64,000 nucleotides of DNA, taken from positions 1,567,262 through 1,631,261 of the forward strand of contig MU058257.1 in NCBI GenBank assembly GCA_013265495.1, read 5' to 3'. The notes under the pieces are model-generated. The model did not search any database. It was not told where the DNA came from and worked only from the letters and a program-made list of their open reading frames with translations. The translations under genes were made by a program, and so were the position numbers. The DNA is from Vicugna vicugna. Lineage: Eukaryota. Of this stretch, positions 25,201 to 40,310 are shown one piece after another (position 1 is the stretch's first letter; each line of letters starts with the position of its first letter).

Positions 25201-26099
25201 AGACAAAGTTTTCATACGGGTTTGGTTTTGGTTTTGCTGTTCTTGTCCAGATAAATAGATTTCAGCCTGGCTAATTATCCTGCTGATGTGAAATCATTAA
25301 AATTAATGAGCAGATTGTCATTTCTGAAACTGAAGCCGAGGAGGAAGATCTCAGGCCCAGAAGCAATGAGCTAATGTCACCTACGTGGCCTACCTGAGGA
25401 GGCGCTTATGAAAAAAAACCTGCTCACCGTGGAACAGATACTTCAGATGACTTCAGCAGAAGCAAACCACGGCTTCATTCTGGGGGGAAAAATATGGTGC
25501 TTGAGCGGCTTCTCAATACAGCTGTTTTGCTTAAAAAGAAACTATTTTATACCAAAATTACAAAGAAAAACTACATTACTTTCCTTAAAAACAGATCTAC
25601 AACCGCAACAAGACAAGACTGTATTTTAGAAACAATGAAACGTATCATGTTTCAGAAACTCTGGGCCACCAATGTTTTTCTCCTCATTTTCCAATAAAAA
25701 GGTCAGATTCCGCATATTTAGCTTGAAGGAGCCCCGACTGGGTTACCTTCCGGGAAGGTAAACCCCAGCCTCACGCAGGCTCCACGAGTCTAAACCAAGA
25801 CAGGTCCTTTCGCCACCTCTGATTTAGAGATGGGCAGGTAGGCCCTGCGGTTCTGGACAACAGACCACAAAGGGCATCACAGTGGGGGTGGGTCCTGGCG
25901 GGAAAGCCTCACCTGCTCTCAAAGCAGCCACAAAGGGCGCAGCCCCCTCCCTCTGCAAGGATGTGACAGTCAGGACCCTAGCAGCCAAGGACCAGCCACC
26001 CCATCAGAGCTTCCAGGGAAGCTGGGGAACCCGGACCCTCAGGGAGGCCCCCGAGCTACAAATGGGACCCCCAGCTCCCTTCCTTCCGGCTTACGGTCA

Positions 26100-26330
26100 A
26101 AGGAGCAGGGAAGATTTCCTTACCAGCACTCTACGCCTTCTGGATCAGTGCCTGGGCCCCAGGCATGACGCCCAGCCCTCAGCAGGCATCACATTGGGAG
26201 ATGAGGCAGGTTCCAGGATGACACCATTTGATTTGCGAATAAACTGACCTGAGGACGATTTGAGCAGGTGCCCAAACCCCATATGTGGTGAAGGGCTGGT
26301 AGCCGCCCGTCTGACCCCAGGCCCACACTA
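26100..26330. mobile_element. Degraded L2 3' end plus MIR fragment
   Basis: gagcagggaag...cagtgcctggg; aaactgacctgagg...gtgcccaa...gtctgaccccaggcccac. Confidence 0.4.
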
Positions 26331-27422
26331 AAATATCTAAGTTTTAAAAAGCAACCTCACAGTGACAGTGTTCTCAAATAACACAGACTTTACACTGACT
26401 GGTGTTATTTATCACTGGCTTTCCACTGTTTTTATCACTTGTGTCTCGTAAGTAGAACTTCCATGGGTTTTTTCATCACTTAAAATTATCTCCCTCACAC
26501 AGTGTTTCCATGCTACTTATTATATGATAAAAATCAGCACATTTCCACACCATCGCAGGTGTCAAAGGCAAGCTGTCCTTTTTTTTATTGTTTCCTATTC
26601 AAACACCCCACATACACAAAACTGCTGAACGAGGTTTATGCTGTAAAACAGAGACTGAGATGAATTAGGTAAAACACTTTGGATTTCTTTCCACTGATAC
26701 CACTAATCTAAACTGAAGAACAGCTATTCCAGTGAACGGTTTAATTATTTTAGAAATTACTGAAATAGATAAACAGGAAAACATCCCCTCGCTGAGTCCT
26801 CACCTAGATTTCAACCCATATGGACTTTCTGAAGAGAAATGACGAAGGAACCAAGTAAGTGGACTTTTAATATAAAAACTATTAAAACTACCAAGAAAAC
26901 ACTGAGATTTCCACTACAGAGAAAACGCTGTGATGGACAATAAACAATTGAGACTTAAAAAACAAAAACCAACACTGGAAGAATTCTTCATACATCAAAA
27001 CTTACCAGATAAATTCTCAGTCTTCACGAGAACGACGGTGTCTCTAACAGGCACGTTGCGAACAGGGAGCCGATTCGTACACGGAGTGGGAAACAATTCT
27101 GATTTCACGACCTGTAAGTGGCCACCCTGCGGCGTCCGCTGAGCGAGTCTAAACATGCCTACAGCGGGGGCAGGCCCCAACACTCACAGAAGGACAGTCC
27201 CCAGGCCTGACACATTAGTGTGAACTCTGAAGCCACAGGAAGCGTGTTTCTCTCCCACGGCGGAGTCAGTAGGACAGAAAATCCCACCTGCCTTTCAGAC
27301 CATGCGACCTCGCTGCCCCTCCATCAGCAGAGGAGCTGGGCAGTCCCCAGAACCACGTTATGTGCGCCGAGCGTCTGTGCCTCAGTGACCTGCCAAGCTC
27401 GCCGGTGCCACGTCACAATCTA

Positions 27423-27734
<312 letters not shown>

Positions 27735-30079
27735 CTATTCAAGAAGAAACAGAAAGTCATCTTGTAAAAACCAGACCTTGCAAATTAAGGATGCATCTGG
27801 CTTTTCAAAAGTAGCAGAAAAATGATTCCCTGTATTTAAAGGATTTTCCCCAAACCTATGCAAAACAGCCGACTGAGGACAGCCCACCAGGTCAGGGCCT
27901 GTCGGGGACAGCCACACGCGCAGGCCCGCGAGGGACCCAACAGCCACCTCCCCGCCAGGCGCACGCCCCACAGGACGGAAGACACTTCCATACCAGCCTC
28001 GCACTGTCTCCCAATCACAGCATTTTCTCACTCCTTCCTCTTCCCAATCTCAGAATAACTTTGTGAGCTATTTTATATAATTCATCAAAAACGTTTAAAC
28101 CGAGGAAGACGAATGTGCCCTGTATTTAGACCCTCATACTTCAGACTTTGGGCTGCTCTGTTACCTACTTCACGAGCTAGCTGTAAACAGCGCTTCAAAC
28201 ATCAAGTAGCGAAAAAGAATTATTCTGTCCCAATACGTGGTCTGCAACGCACACGAAACTGTTCACCCCGACATGCTTCGGACAAGTGATGTCTTTACGC
28301 AAAAACCAACTTGGGGGATAAATATTTATTTAGCACACCCCGGAGCAACCGAGGTACGTCCTTCAAATAAAGATTTCTAGCAACCTGCTTTGGCTTTAGG
28401 GCTGTAAAACTTAATTTCAATGTTCTGAAAAGACATGAGACGGCTGGGGTGCGCCAGGAAAGACAGCCAAACGTCTTAGCTGAATCACTAAATCCAGGTG
28501 TCTCCTAGAAGAAGAAATGTAAAACGTTACCCTCACTTCGCCCCGCTTTTACGCCAGGGCCCCACTTTACGAGAAGAACCCAAATATTCTCCCGAACAAC
28601 TCTGTTAAGGGCAGTCTGGTTGTAAATGTCGCCCACACATGCTGACTCTCATTCTTCATGACTCTGCAGTGAACACACACACGGAAACAGAAGTGCAAGA
28701 TCACAGGTCTGCACTGTGAAGACCTAGCGATGGACCAGAATGCTCCTTTCTGTTCCGGAGAATAAAACCTAAAAATGAACTGATCATCCCAGACCTATGG
28801 CGATACTGTGACATACGAATTTTTTTTAATCTATAAATATTTACCAGTATAAATTTTAAAGAGAAGCTTTGTGAGTCTTTTTTTTCTTAACTCAAGCTAC
28901 AGAAAATAAACTTTAAAATTTCAACGGTAAAATTAACCATTAGCAGCAAGTACTTTTCACAAGAAAAGCTGTGCTTTTCCGGACACTGCAGCTCAGGAGG
29001 GCTGTGACGGGGAGTAACCACAGGTACAAGGAAGATGCTGGGAAGACCCCCCCCCTCGCCCCGCCCCGGTCAGGGGTGAGGTAGTGACCTTGCCTACAGG
29101 AACGTGGAAACAGGAAAATGAGCTGAGGACGCAGACACATTCTAAAGAAAAGAAAGACGCAAACGAAGAAACTAAAGCTCACTGTGCCTCAAAGCACTAA
29201 GGCCCCTCCCTAACAGCTGAGCAGAAACTTCAGAGCAAAGCAAAGCTACCTGTTCCACAGGGACGTCGGTAAATCTACCGAGCAGAAACCCAAGCAGGCC
29301 CTAAGGGGCGGGAGAGCTCAGTACTGGCTGAGCCTCAGGTCCAAGGGGACAGGAGGGTGGGAAGCGGGGAGACACCCAAGCAGAGTCTTCCCGTGCAGGG
29401 TCAGGCTCCTCCCCCGGGGCAGCGGTCTGGCTTTCTATCCACTTTCCACCATGAAGGGTGGTAACACCATGAAGAATCAAACAGAAAAGAATGAAAACTC
29501 TGTCCTGCTTTTTCAGGGGGATGCTCAGGGGGAGGCTGGATTTCAGAGAAACCGGCCGATGGGGGAAGCTTGTCTTGTCAGAAAAACGCCCAGTAGTGGA
29601 AGCAGGGTAATTAAGCGAATTAGAGAAACCACCATTCTCAACTCCTAATGAAATAATTCATTCAGGCAACGATAACCCGTGGATGACAAACCGTTGCATG
29701 AAAAGCTGACAATGAGCCGGGTGAATGCCAAGGGACAAAATGCCACTTGCAAAGGGAAAAATAAGTCTTAAGAGTGAAGAGGCCAGACACCACGAAGCTC
29801 CCCCTTCCTGGTGTGAGAGTGCGGGAGGTGGGCATTCCCTCCGAACCCCCGCCGTCACCCCCACCCTGGGGGCCCCTTACTCAGAACTCAGTCCCCATCT
29901 CCCCGAACAAGCTGGAAAGCAGACCATTTCCAAATCTCCTCCCTGACGCTTCCAGGCACAGGTCACCAGCACTAAAGTGTTTTTATTCTGAGTTCATGAT
30001 TGAAAGTTCCAACAGGATGTCCCAAAGATACCTCAGAGTCAACAGATGACAATGAAGCTTGCCTCCCATGTCAACTCTG

Positions 30080-30700
30080 GGCGCCTCTGAGAAACAGTCA
30101 GTCCCCTTCACCCGCTTCCCCGCCCGATCCCCACAGCATCCAGGTCCTGTTCATCCAAGGCTCACCCCTAAGATCGCATCCTCCGGTGACACCCTAGCTC
30201 GGGTCAGCTGCCCCCTCACTGGAGGCCTTGCCAGCACCGTTCCCGGCCACATCCCGAGAAGGGCTCTTCTACATTGTCCCTCAGGCCACATCCCACACGG
30301 AACAAGCACTGGGGGAGACCAGGGGCCTTGGGACAGCCGCACAGGGGGCCACAGGCTGCTCGCCCGCCTCAGGGTCCTCCTGAGCCTGGACTCCCGGTGA
30401 CATCTCTTCGGTAAAGGGACGCGCCACTCCTCAACGCCCCGCTCGCAAGAGGCTTTCTCCAGGCAGCATCCCGATTCTCAACAGGACTGACCACGGCATG
30501 CTTTCTGCTACCACTGCATTCCAATTCTGCTTCTCATTAGAGCTCTAACTTGTAATTTAGTTAACTTCTTAAATTGCTATTTCCACTAACACAGGGACAC
30601 CTAGGCAGACGATCCCTAGTCACCTTTAAACTCCAGCACTGAACTCGGGGGCCTGCACCCACGTGGAGGGCTTTCGCTGGAACATTTGCTGTGCCTCCTA
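30080..30700 (+). mobile_element. Degraded L2
   Basis: ...cctagtcacctttaaactccagcactgaac...cctgcacccacgtggaggg...aacatttgctg, L2 3'-end-like. Confidence 0.5.
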
Positions 30701-30858
30701 TTTTCCCACCGTTTCAGCAGCCCAGAATTTTAAAGGAACATTTCTATAATTTGTTTTAAGAATCTATCAGGGAATGCTTTAAAAAAGGTATCATGACAAA
30801 CTTCAGTGAAAATGCATTAGAATGACTGTACTTTTAAATTCATACTAAAAGATTATCA

Positions 30859-31388
30859 CTTTTTTTTTAATTACAGTCAATTACAATGTGTCAATTTCTG
30901 GGGTCCAGCATCTTGTCCCAGTCATGCATACACATAGATATATTCGTTTTCATATTCTTTTTCATTAAAGGTTATTTATTACAAGATATTGAATATAGTT
31001 CCCTGTGCTCTACAGGAGAAATTTTGGTTTTTTAATCTATTTTTACATATAGTGGCTAACACTTGCAAATCTCAAACTCCCAAATTTATCCCTTCCCATC
31101 CTCTCCCCCCTGGTAACCATAAGGCTATTTACTATGTCTGAGAATCTGTTTCTGTTTTGTAGATGAGTTCATTAGTGTCCTTTTTTTTTTTAGATTCCAC
31201 ATATGAGTGCTATCATATGGTATTTTTCTTTCTCTTTCTGGCTTAGTTCACGTAGAATGATGATCTCTAGGTCCATCCGTGTTGCTGCAAATGGCATTAT
31301 TTTATTCTTTTTATGGCTGAGTAGTATTCCACTGTATAAACATAACACAGCTTCCTTATCCAGTCCTGTCGATGGACATTTAGGCTAC
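30859..31388 (-). mobile_element. L1 3' fragment (artiodactyl/camelid type)
   Basis: Poly-T, then ttacaatgtgtcaatttctgg...gaatatagttccctgtgct...tagattccacatatgag...gttgctgcaaatggc...gatggacatttagg, the reverse complement of the L1 3' ends elsewhere in the window. Confidence 0.92.
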
Positions 31389-31829
31389 TGTATATAAGAC
31401 TATTTCAGTTTAACGTCACACCTACAGTACACAATGTCTGTGGAAAATAATTAGTTCCCATTGTATCTAAAATGTAGTGTGGCATTTCTGCGTTTATGCC
31501 AATAATGACACGCAATTCGTATGCCACCACACAGTGATCCTATTAAGGTAGAGAAAGGCTAAGAATCCAAAGATCTGTCTTTCTGGGCCCGCCCAAAATT
31601 CTGTAATTTTACATTCATAGAATCAACTTTGAGTATTTAGTTGGTAAGGAAAATAAAACTGATAGTCCATAACAAAGTTTTTTTCCTAATTCAATGCTGT
31701 TATGATAAACTCAATAACGAATTCATATATCAGTTTCATTCATATATTTAAGGTATAGGAAAAGTTGACTTAGATCATCTTAGTCATCTCCAGGCAGGTG
31801 AAGAATTTCTAAAATATATCACTAATCAT

Positions 31830-32150
31830 GATGCAACATATCCATTATTCTGCAGACAGCATCACACGGGTGCTCCTAGCATTTTGGCAGCGCTGCCCCT
31901 CACAGTCCCGTCTGAAGCCTGGACTGTGTGCATTCGGAGCAGAGCCCTACAGAGCTGTGATGCGCATCGACGAGGGGAGCACATTCATAAACTCTGCAAC
32001 ACACGATGTGCTTTCCACTGCACGTGTGCACCCGAATCGTCACTGTTTCCATCTGAAGTGGACATGGTGCATTCTATTTCCAATTTGAAAATTTTCTTTT
32101 CCCAGTGTAAACGATTTTTAAGTGATGGTATTTTTAACTATGTCTGTGCA
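31830..32150 (-). mobile_element. Ancient L1 (L1ME-like) fragment
   Basis: Degraded antisense L1 3' motifs (tccattattctg..., ttttcccagtgtaa...aagtgatggtattttt). Confidence 0.35.
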
Positions 32151-34277
32151 AGTTCATCTACATTTTTCATGGACCAAAGAAGAGTCAACTACAAAAAAGT
32201 CACAATGTTTCTTAAATGCGTTTGCAAACCTTGTACTTCATAACCTAAAGAATAAAAAAAAAAATAAACCAGTAAATTTTTGTCATTAATATTTTCACAA
32301 GTTAGAGCTGTACTTGTAATAAACTACAAAATGGGATTTTTCAATCTATTTTATTCTATGATCAAATTAATGCCTCTATCCTATATACTGGTAAACAAAA
32401 AAAAATCTTTTTCTTTAGACTCAAAAATCTAGCAGTAAGAACCAATATAGAAACCCCTAATAATTATTAAATTTGCTAATAATAAAAATTATTAGAGTAA
32501 AGCCACTACTTTATATCTAAGAGATTATATAAGAAAAGTTCCATAAGATACTACTTTTTTTTTTAATTATAACTTTAATCCTCCACTTATGAGACTGGCC
32601 CAAACAACCTCTCCATCTTCTGCACGAGGTGGGAAACTCTCCGTCTCTCCAGAAAAACACAACCGCTCCTGCTGTGATCGGGACTTCTCCTGATCATCGA
32701 AACGAACCGCCGCGTCCTCAGGTGTCGGGAAGCCGCCCAGGCCTGAATCTGCGGGTCCCTGGTAGCAGCGCCCTGGTTACAGAGTAAATCTCCTCCAGGG
32801 CAGGGAAGTAACTGTCCTCTCTCCCCCTCCCTGAGCCAATTACAATTCAGTAAAAAGCCACATGGAGCCCACCTGACATCCTAGGAGAGAGGCTCCCTCC
32901 TGGCGCCCCGACCACAGCACCAAGGCCTCATCTCCCAGAAGCAGCACCTCAGCCAACGGTCAGGTCTCCGGGCAGACCGACACCCCTGCTGCAGAAGCAC
33001 GAGGTACTTCACGAACATTATAGACTCAGTGGGTATTTCTACATTAACACAGGAAACCCAGCTATACTCCACTTTATATTTCAATGCCCAAATTCCAAAT
33101 CTTTTTAAAATCGTTAGGAATCATGCCATATTTTGAAATACTAAACACTGAATGCATATAAATTTCACTTTTGCACCCTCCAGGAATTCTACTGTTTCAC
33201 ATACTCCTGTGTGGTTTTAAGATTTTAAGTTTCCAATATTTTTCAACTCTACCATTGTGGTTAAAGAGAATTCCATTTTCTGCTTTGTCATTTCCCCAAG
33301 AAAAGATTAAAAAAAAAACAAAGAAACTATCTTCAGGACGTCTAACCTGAAGTGATGAAGCTGATGGGAAATTAGTAATGACGGCTTAGGATAAGTATCT
33401 TTTTAAAAACCTGCCGGAAGCTTGCTAAAACCTTCAGGAATCACACCACTGATTCAGTGTGGCAGACCCACTCCTCCCCCGGGGCCGGAGTTCATCCTCT
33501 GTGCCTCCTGACGGCTACCCTAAACAGAGACCTCAGGAGCAATGCGAAGGCCAAAGCTTAAAGGTAACAACCACAGAACGGTCTGTAAGCAGCACTACTG
33601 TCCGCATCGTTCCCTGACCTTCCAGGCATCCTCCAGACACCAAGGGAATGAGGCAGGGAGACTCTAGGGAGGGGAGAGGAGTGGGGAGAAATAAACAAAT
33701 TGAGTCATGCACAGAAAAACACAGGTTCAAAACTCAACTGTAAATGAAGTCAGAAACCTTGGCATTCCCTCTCAGTTTAAACCAACTGTGTGCCTATGAA
33801 GGTATTAAAAAAAAATAAGGAAACACAGGATTTTATTCCAAGCACAGCATTTATCATCACTTGTTTCGGGCTGCCATGGCCATGCCAGGTGTAGTGAACC
33901 ACAAGGCATGGTGGCCAGCACCCTGCCTGCGGCGCCCCACCTTGTGCTGCTCACCGCAGCTCAGGCAGCCGCACGAGCTGGGACCCCTGCCCCGGCACGA
34001 CTGTGAACACTGGCTCATGTATGCACCTGCCTTACTTTCTTCTTTGATAATTGCTTCCTTCCACATTCTTCATTGTATTAAGGAGAGAGGTAGAGAAGAC
34101 AAAGGAGAGATCTGAACGTTCATACATTTTTGTCAAAACAATTTTGTCTCATAGTAGACTATATATCTACACAGAAATGGTATAACGTCTACTAAAGTGT
34201 GCACAGTTTTGAAACAAGAGGCACTGATTACACTGACACTGCTAACTTTTTGAAAGTTAAAACATGGAAGGGTCAAC

Positions 34278-36180
34278 TAAGGACGCCACCCAAAAACCAC
34301 TAGAGCTGATACAAATTCGGCAAGGTAGCAGGATACAAGACTAACACACAGAAATCTGCTGCATTTCTCTACACTAACAATCAAATATCAGAAAAGTGAA
34401 GAAGAAAAAAAAAAGCTTTCAAAATCGAATCAAAAAAAATAAAATACTTGAGAATAAACCTGACCAAGGAGATGGAAGACTTATACACTGATAAGTATAA
34501 AACACTGATAGAAGAAATTAAAGACAATTTAAAGAAATGGAAATACATCCCATGCTCTTGGATTGGAAGAATTAATATTGTTAAAATAGCCAAACCACCC
34601 AAAGCAATGACAGAGTCAGTGTGATCCCTATCAAATCACCCAGGACGTTTTTCACAGAACTAGAATAAATAATCCTAAAATTTAGATGGACTCACAGAAG
34701 ACGCAGAATTGTCAAAGCAATACTGAAGAAAAAGAACAAAGCTGGAGGCATAGCCCTCCCAGATGTCAGACAGTACTACAGAGCTACAGCAATCAAAACA
34801 GCATGGTACTGGCACAAAAAGAGACACAGGGACCAGCGGAACAGAGCAGAGAGCCCTCAGATAAATCCACACACCTATGGTCAATTGATCCTCAGCAAAG
34901 GAGGTAAGAATACACATTGGAGAAAAGTGGTCTCTTCAGCAAGTGGTGCTGGGAAAGCTGGACGGCTGCATGTAAATCACTGAAGTTAGAACACACCACC
35001 CACAGAAATATACAAAAATAAACTCAAAATGGCTTAAAGGCTTATGTCTTATGTTTATAAGACAAGACACCATAAACCTCCCAGAAGAGAACACAAGTGA
35101 AGCATTCTCTGACTTACATCTCAGCAGTGTTCTCCAGGGGCAGGTACCCAGGCAATAGACAGAAAAGCAAACATAAACAAATGGGACCTAATTAAACTTA
35201 CAAGCTCTTCACAGCAAAGGAAACAATAAATAAAGCAAAAAGACAATCAATGGGATGGGAGAAAATATTTCTCCAGTGAAGACATACAAATGGCCAACAG
35301 GCACATGGGAAAATGCTCAAATTGCTAATTATCAGAGAAATGCAAAACAAAACTACAACGAGGTATCACCTCACACCAGTCAGAATGGCCATCATTCAAA
35401 AGTCCACAAATAACAAATGCTGGAGAGGGTGTGGAGAAAAGGGAACCCTCCTACACTGTGGGTGTGAATGCAGTTTGGTGCAGCCATTATGGAGAACAGT
35501 ATGGAGGTTCTTTAAAAAACTAAGAACAGACCTACCATATGATCCAACAATCCCACTCTGGGGCATACATCTGGAGAAAACTAATTTGAAAAGCTACATG
35601 CACCCCAATGTTCATAGTAGCACTATTTACAATAGCCAAGACATGGGAATAACCTAAATGACAGGTGACTGGATAAAGCAGCTGTGGTGTATTTATACAA
35701 TGAAATACTACTCAGCCATGAAAAAGAATAAAACAATGCAGCAACATGGATGGACCTGGAGACCATAACACTAAGTGAAGTGAGCCAGACAGAGAAAGAA
35801 AAATATCATACGATATCATTTATATGTGGAATCTTAAAAAATGACACAGATGAACTTATTTACAAAACAGAGACAGACTCACAGACATAGAAAACAAACT
35901 TACGGTTACCGTGGGGAAAAGGGGATGGGGAGAAACAAATTAGGAGTTTGGGATTTGCAGAGACAAACTACTATATATAAAATAGACAAACAATAGGGTC
36001 CTACAATATAGCACAGGGAACTATATTCAATAACTTGTAATAACCGATAATGAAAAAGTATATTATATATATATGTATGTGTGTGTATGTATATATAATT
36101 GAATCACTATGCTGTACACCAGAATTCACACAGCACTGTAAACTGACTATACTTCAATTTTTTAAAAAGGCAAAAAATAA
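34278..36180 (+). mobile_element. Older 5'-truncated L1 (~1.9 kb) with decayed ORF2 and 3' UTR
   Basis: ORF2 remnants with stops and frameshifts (...[43 protein letters not shown]...), 3' UTR ending aactgactatacttcaatt. No clear TSD. Confidence 0.95.
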
Positions 36181-36336
36181 AGATTTTGAATGCCAAAACA
36201 TTTATCATAGCACCTTGTTAGCTCAAATTTCATAAGTAATAAATATTTAATTTTCAGTCTTCATTGTAATTTTTTTTAAATTGAGTTTGTTTTAAAGAGG
36301 AGTTAGCAAAAAATATTAATTTATTCAAGCAATTTT

Positions 36337-36516
36337 ATTATTGAAGTACAGTCAGTTACATGTGTCAATTTCTGGTGTCCAGCATATTTCAGTCATACAT
36401 ATACATACATACATTCTTTCTCATGTTATTTTCATTATAGGTCACTACAACATATTGAATATGGTTCCCTGTGTTATAGAGAAGAAACTTGTTAATTTTA
36501 TATATAGTAGTTAATG
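36337..36516 (-). mobile_element. Short L1 3'-end insertion with TSD
   Basis: ttgaagtacagtcagttaca...gaatatggttccctgtg. TSD TCAAGCAA(A)TTTT at 36325-36336 and 36517-36529. Confidence 0.88.
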
Positions 36517-37244
36517 TCAAGCAAATTTTTTGTTTATGTATGAAATTACCTAGCAAGCAAACCAAATTTTATTAGGTATTTTCCTTTGAAATGTTAAAGG
36601 CACCATAACACAGTTCTTAAAACTCATTCTGGCTTCAAAAATCCTGAACTATCATCCATGTCTCTTCCAGCCTTTATGATACATGCTCAGTAGCTCTAGA
36701 TCAGAAAGTTACACTTAGATCAATGGGGTGTCAAGATGCTAAACATGCCAAAAAAAAGGAAAGAAAAGGAAAACTCACAGCAGAACTCTCCAGTATAGGA
36801 GTACACATCTGAGACTTACAATCAGTTTTGCAAATAAGTTTCCTTCACAGCAAATCCTTCAAGTTTGATCAAAACCAGAAGCTTAACACTGTAGTTTTAA
36901 CTCACAACTTGCAACTGGCCCCTACAGTCCGACAGTTGTGATATCAGGTAAGCCCTGCAGCAGGCACCCGCCTCAGGCCATGAACACGCGGGACCCAATG
37001 TGAGAAGGGGCTGGTCAGAGCTCTCACAGCAGTCCGTGCACTCGGGAGGCCATGATGTTTGCAGAGGTGACCTTCAGAGCACAGACATCTCGGAAGCCCC
37101 CAGACCTGCACCTGAGCAGACCAGGAGATCCACCAAGAGGAGCAAGATGAGCAAAACCCAGCCTCACTCAGGCTCCTCCTTGGAACCAGTTTCTCCAGAG
37201 GTTCCTACCCCATCTCAGCAGGTCAGAGTGCCATGAAAACTTAA

Positions 37245-37435
37245 GATCCTAAATTTAAAAGCTGGAAGGAAAAAGCTAGGGGATGTCCAGCTTAACCTCT
37301 CAGTGTCTAAAGGAAGAAACAGGGCTTCAGAGAAGCTAGGACAAGCGCTCTGTGGAGGTCAGGATGACCAACCAGGTCCCGCGGTCAGAGATACCCACTT
37401 CTGAGTGATTGCCACTCCCAAGCTCCTGCGCTCAC
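37245..37435 (-). mobile_element. MIR3-like SINE
   Basis: gctggaagga...gtccagcttaacctctc...aggaagaaacagggcttcagaga. Confidence 0.5.
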
Positions 37436-39774
37436 TCCAGCCAGGGAGCGCAGTTCCCCTGGGTGATGATGCGATTCCAGAGACCCAGCCATTCCTACAC
37501 AATGATTCCTCAACCACAGGAAAGCGTCTCCCAAGCTCTGGCTTGTAATGCGGTGCAAAGCCATCACATAACCTGGCATCACAAATTATACTGACGCTAG
37601 AGGTGGCTGGTTCACCGATAAACACTACGGTCTTAGGAATAATCGTGAGCAAAATGTCTGCTTTAAAATCGTTTTAAATACAGTGATCGCGTGCCTGCTG
37701 CAACTGGGCTGATCTTTGTCCCAGGAAAGCATGCATACAGGCGTGGTGAGAAGGTAAACAGGGAGGGAAGTGTAATATTTTTTCAAGCTACCAAAGTGTC
37801 ATTCACTTCTGGGTTCCGAACGACTAGCGAGCAGAGCTGAAAGGGGGCAGCACCAACCCCAGCTCCCACTTTCCTTCTTTCACAGGAACCAGCACGATCC
37901 CTGAATGGCCCTGCAGCCATCTACACCCACAGCCAGCAGGGTTAGGAGCAGGGGAAGGGGCGGGGCTCCCTCTACGCGGGCACGTGCGTGAGGAAGTGCG
38001 TGATGAAGAACGAGGTGCAAATGCTGCCATGCTGCCGGTCAGGTCACACGCTGAGGAGCCCGGCTCAGTTTCCAAAAACCACAATGGAGACAAAGAGCAG
38101 CACTTGCCTGACTCCACAGAACTAGCGTGAATCTGAAACAACTCTAAACACTTCAGAGAGTGCTGCACATTTCTTATTTTCTAAGTGAAAAACACCCGTC
38201 TACATTTCATTATCTTTCAAACGCACACAACTCCAAATGTTCGTATCTCAAAACAAAAACTGTAAATAACAATCATATTCTGCATCAGGAGCAAATTGCA
38301 CAAACCGAGAGGAAGGGAGCAGATGCGACGGGGTGAGGGAGAGACAGGTGCTACCAGCAGCCGCCGAATTCCGAAATATCCACTGCCTTACACATGAGCT
38401 GCACGTGCAACATGATCTTTCACACCTACCTAGCTAAATAAGGTGCCTTAATTTTAAAGCAATGTATGTATATTAAAAGAAATTACTAAAATTTGCGCCA
38501 CACATAACTAACATGGCAATGTACACATTAGCAGCTCCTTCTGACCCTCTTCTGTTTGCAGTTGTTAACTTCAGCGGGCTGGGTGGATCAGCAGAACCAC
38601 TGGGTCACTGCTGCGAAAGGTCCCATCTACAATTTAGTTTTCTTAAAATTTTCCCCTTAATTGTGAAACTGCCTCCTCAAGTAAGCCATCTTCACAGATA
38701 CATTCTTAAAACTCTAGAAAATCATTTTTATCTCTTGTAAAACTTTTTGTTAAGCAATTAAAATAAGAATATAAGAAATAATCTGCAATAAACAATACAA
38801 TTTATTTGTTATTAAAACACATAATTTCAAAAACGTCACCAGGTTTATATTGTATCTTAACATCTTCAGTCTTGAGTAAAAACACGCAGCTTCATTAATA
38901 TCACTGCTAACAACCTGCTATGTTAGCTGACTTCCACTTCTGTCCCTTCTTAGGGGGAAACTTCTGTCTACTCGCTCCAGTCCTTGTGGTTGATATGATT
39001 GTGACTGAGAAATAATACATTCCACTCTCTTTTTGATATTTTATGTGCGTTGCTCAAAACAGCTTAACAACAGCAAAATAAATAATGATATAATTGGATT
39101 TGCACCCATAGACCAAAATAAATATCCATGGGACACCACCTCCACCCAGTGCAGAAACCAACGGCTCAGCCTCTGAGGAACTTAAGTCCTTGTCTCCAAG
39201 CCCACCAGCAGAAATGGCATGTTCTCTGAGAAGAATATTAATTTTCAAGGATATTATCTTGGTCCTTAAGTTATAACCGGAAATTTTAACTTGAGAAAAC
39301 GTGATTCCAGGAAATTTTTGAGTGATGATTGCTTACTGTCGACCCCCCTCTACCTACACCTTAAAAAAAAAACAACAAAAAAAAACCTTCCAATCTGAAC
39401 AAAGTGGAAGCAAAACAGCCGATGTACTAGGATGTCCCGACAAAAACTGAAGGCAATGTCAATCACCCGGCCAGGGGGACGCAGCATGTTTAAAACCTGC
39501 CGGCATTTTTCAAAGTCAGCCTGGTCGTGGGGAAAGGTACCAGCCTTAAGCCAGTGTTTAATAAAATCAGTTGAAGAACTTGTAATATAACTCATTTCCA
39601 AAGAGGAAAACACATTTCAGGGAAACACCAGGGGTGTCAGGGGGCTCCTGGAGACCTGTGGCTAAAGCCTGGTTCCGCTAATTCCAGTTACTGGTGCACG
39701 AACTGTCATCCAGTTCTCAGCACAAAACAGGGGTGGTGCGATCCACCTTGCAAAGCTAGGATGTGAAAGCCTTC

Positions 39775-39900
39775 TTGTTTTGGAAAAAGTTTAGATATAC
39801 AGACATGCTGCAAAGACAGCTCCTGTGTGCTCTCCCCTAACCTCTTCCAACGCTAACAACTTCCATAACCTTGGCACGTTGGTCAAAGCTGGGACACAAG
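39775..39900 (-). mobile_element. Old L1 (L1MB/MC-like) extreme 3' end
   Basis: ttttggaaaaagtttagatatacaga...gctgcaaagacag...cataacc...ggtcaaagct. Confidence 0.55.
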
Positions 39901-40102
39901 ATTTGGTGAGGTTTTGAAAATTATGCCAGTTTTAACAGTAAATGCTGATTATTGTTATATTCATATTTTAATTGTATAACAAAGTTTTAGAGGCAATAAA
40001 GATAAAGTTGTCATGAAATACTTTACAGTTTAAAGTATTCAACTAAATGAACAGGGGGCAATATATGAAGTCTGTGAGCACCTAGGGGCATGGGGGTGTC
40101 CT

Positions 40103-40310
40103 TGCTAAGAGCACAGAATTTGAAACCGGACAATCTAGGTTCACAGCATGACTCTGTCTTTCAGCAGTTGGTTGAACTATTAGGTGAATTATTTAAACTC
40201 TCTTCCGCCCCCTCAGTAAATCGGGAGCAGCAACAAGACTGACCCTTCACAGGCAATGACACGGGAGAAGACAGGGAGCAAGCACTCAGGGACACCCTGG
40301 CGACTGTTAC
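40103..40310 (+). mobile_element. MIR SINE
   Basis: taagagcacagaatttgaaacc...ctaggttca...ggtgaattatttaaactctct...gtaaatcggga. Confidence 0.6.
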
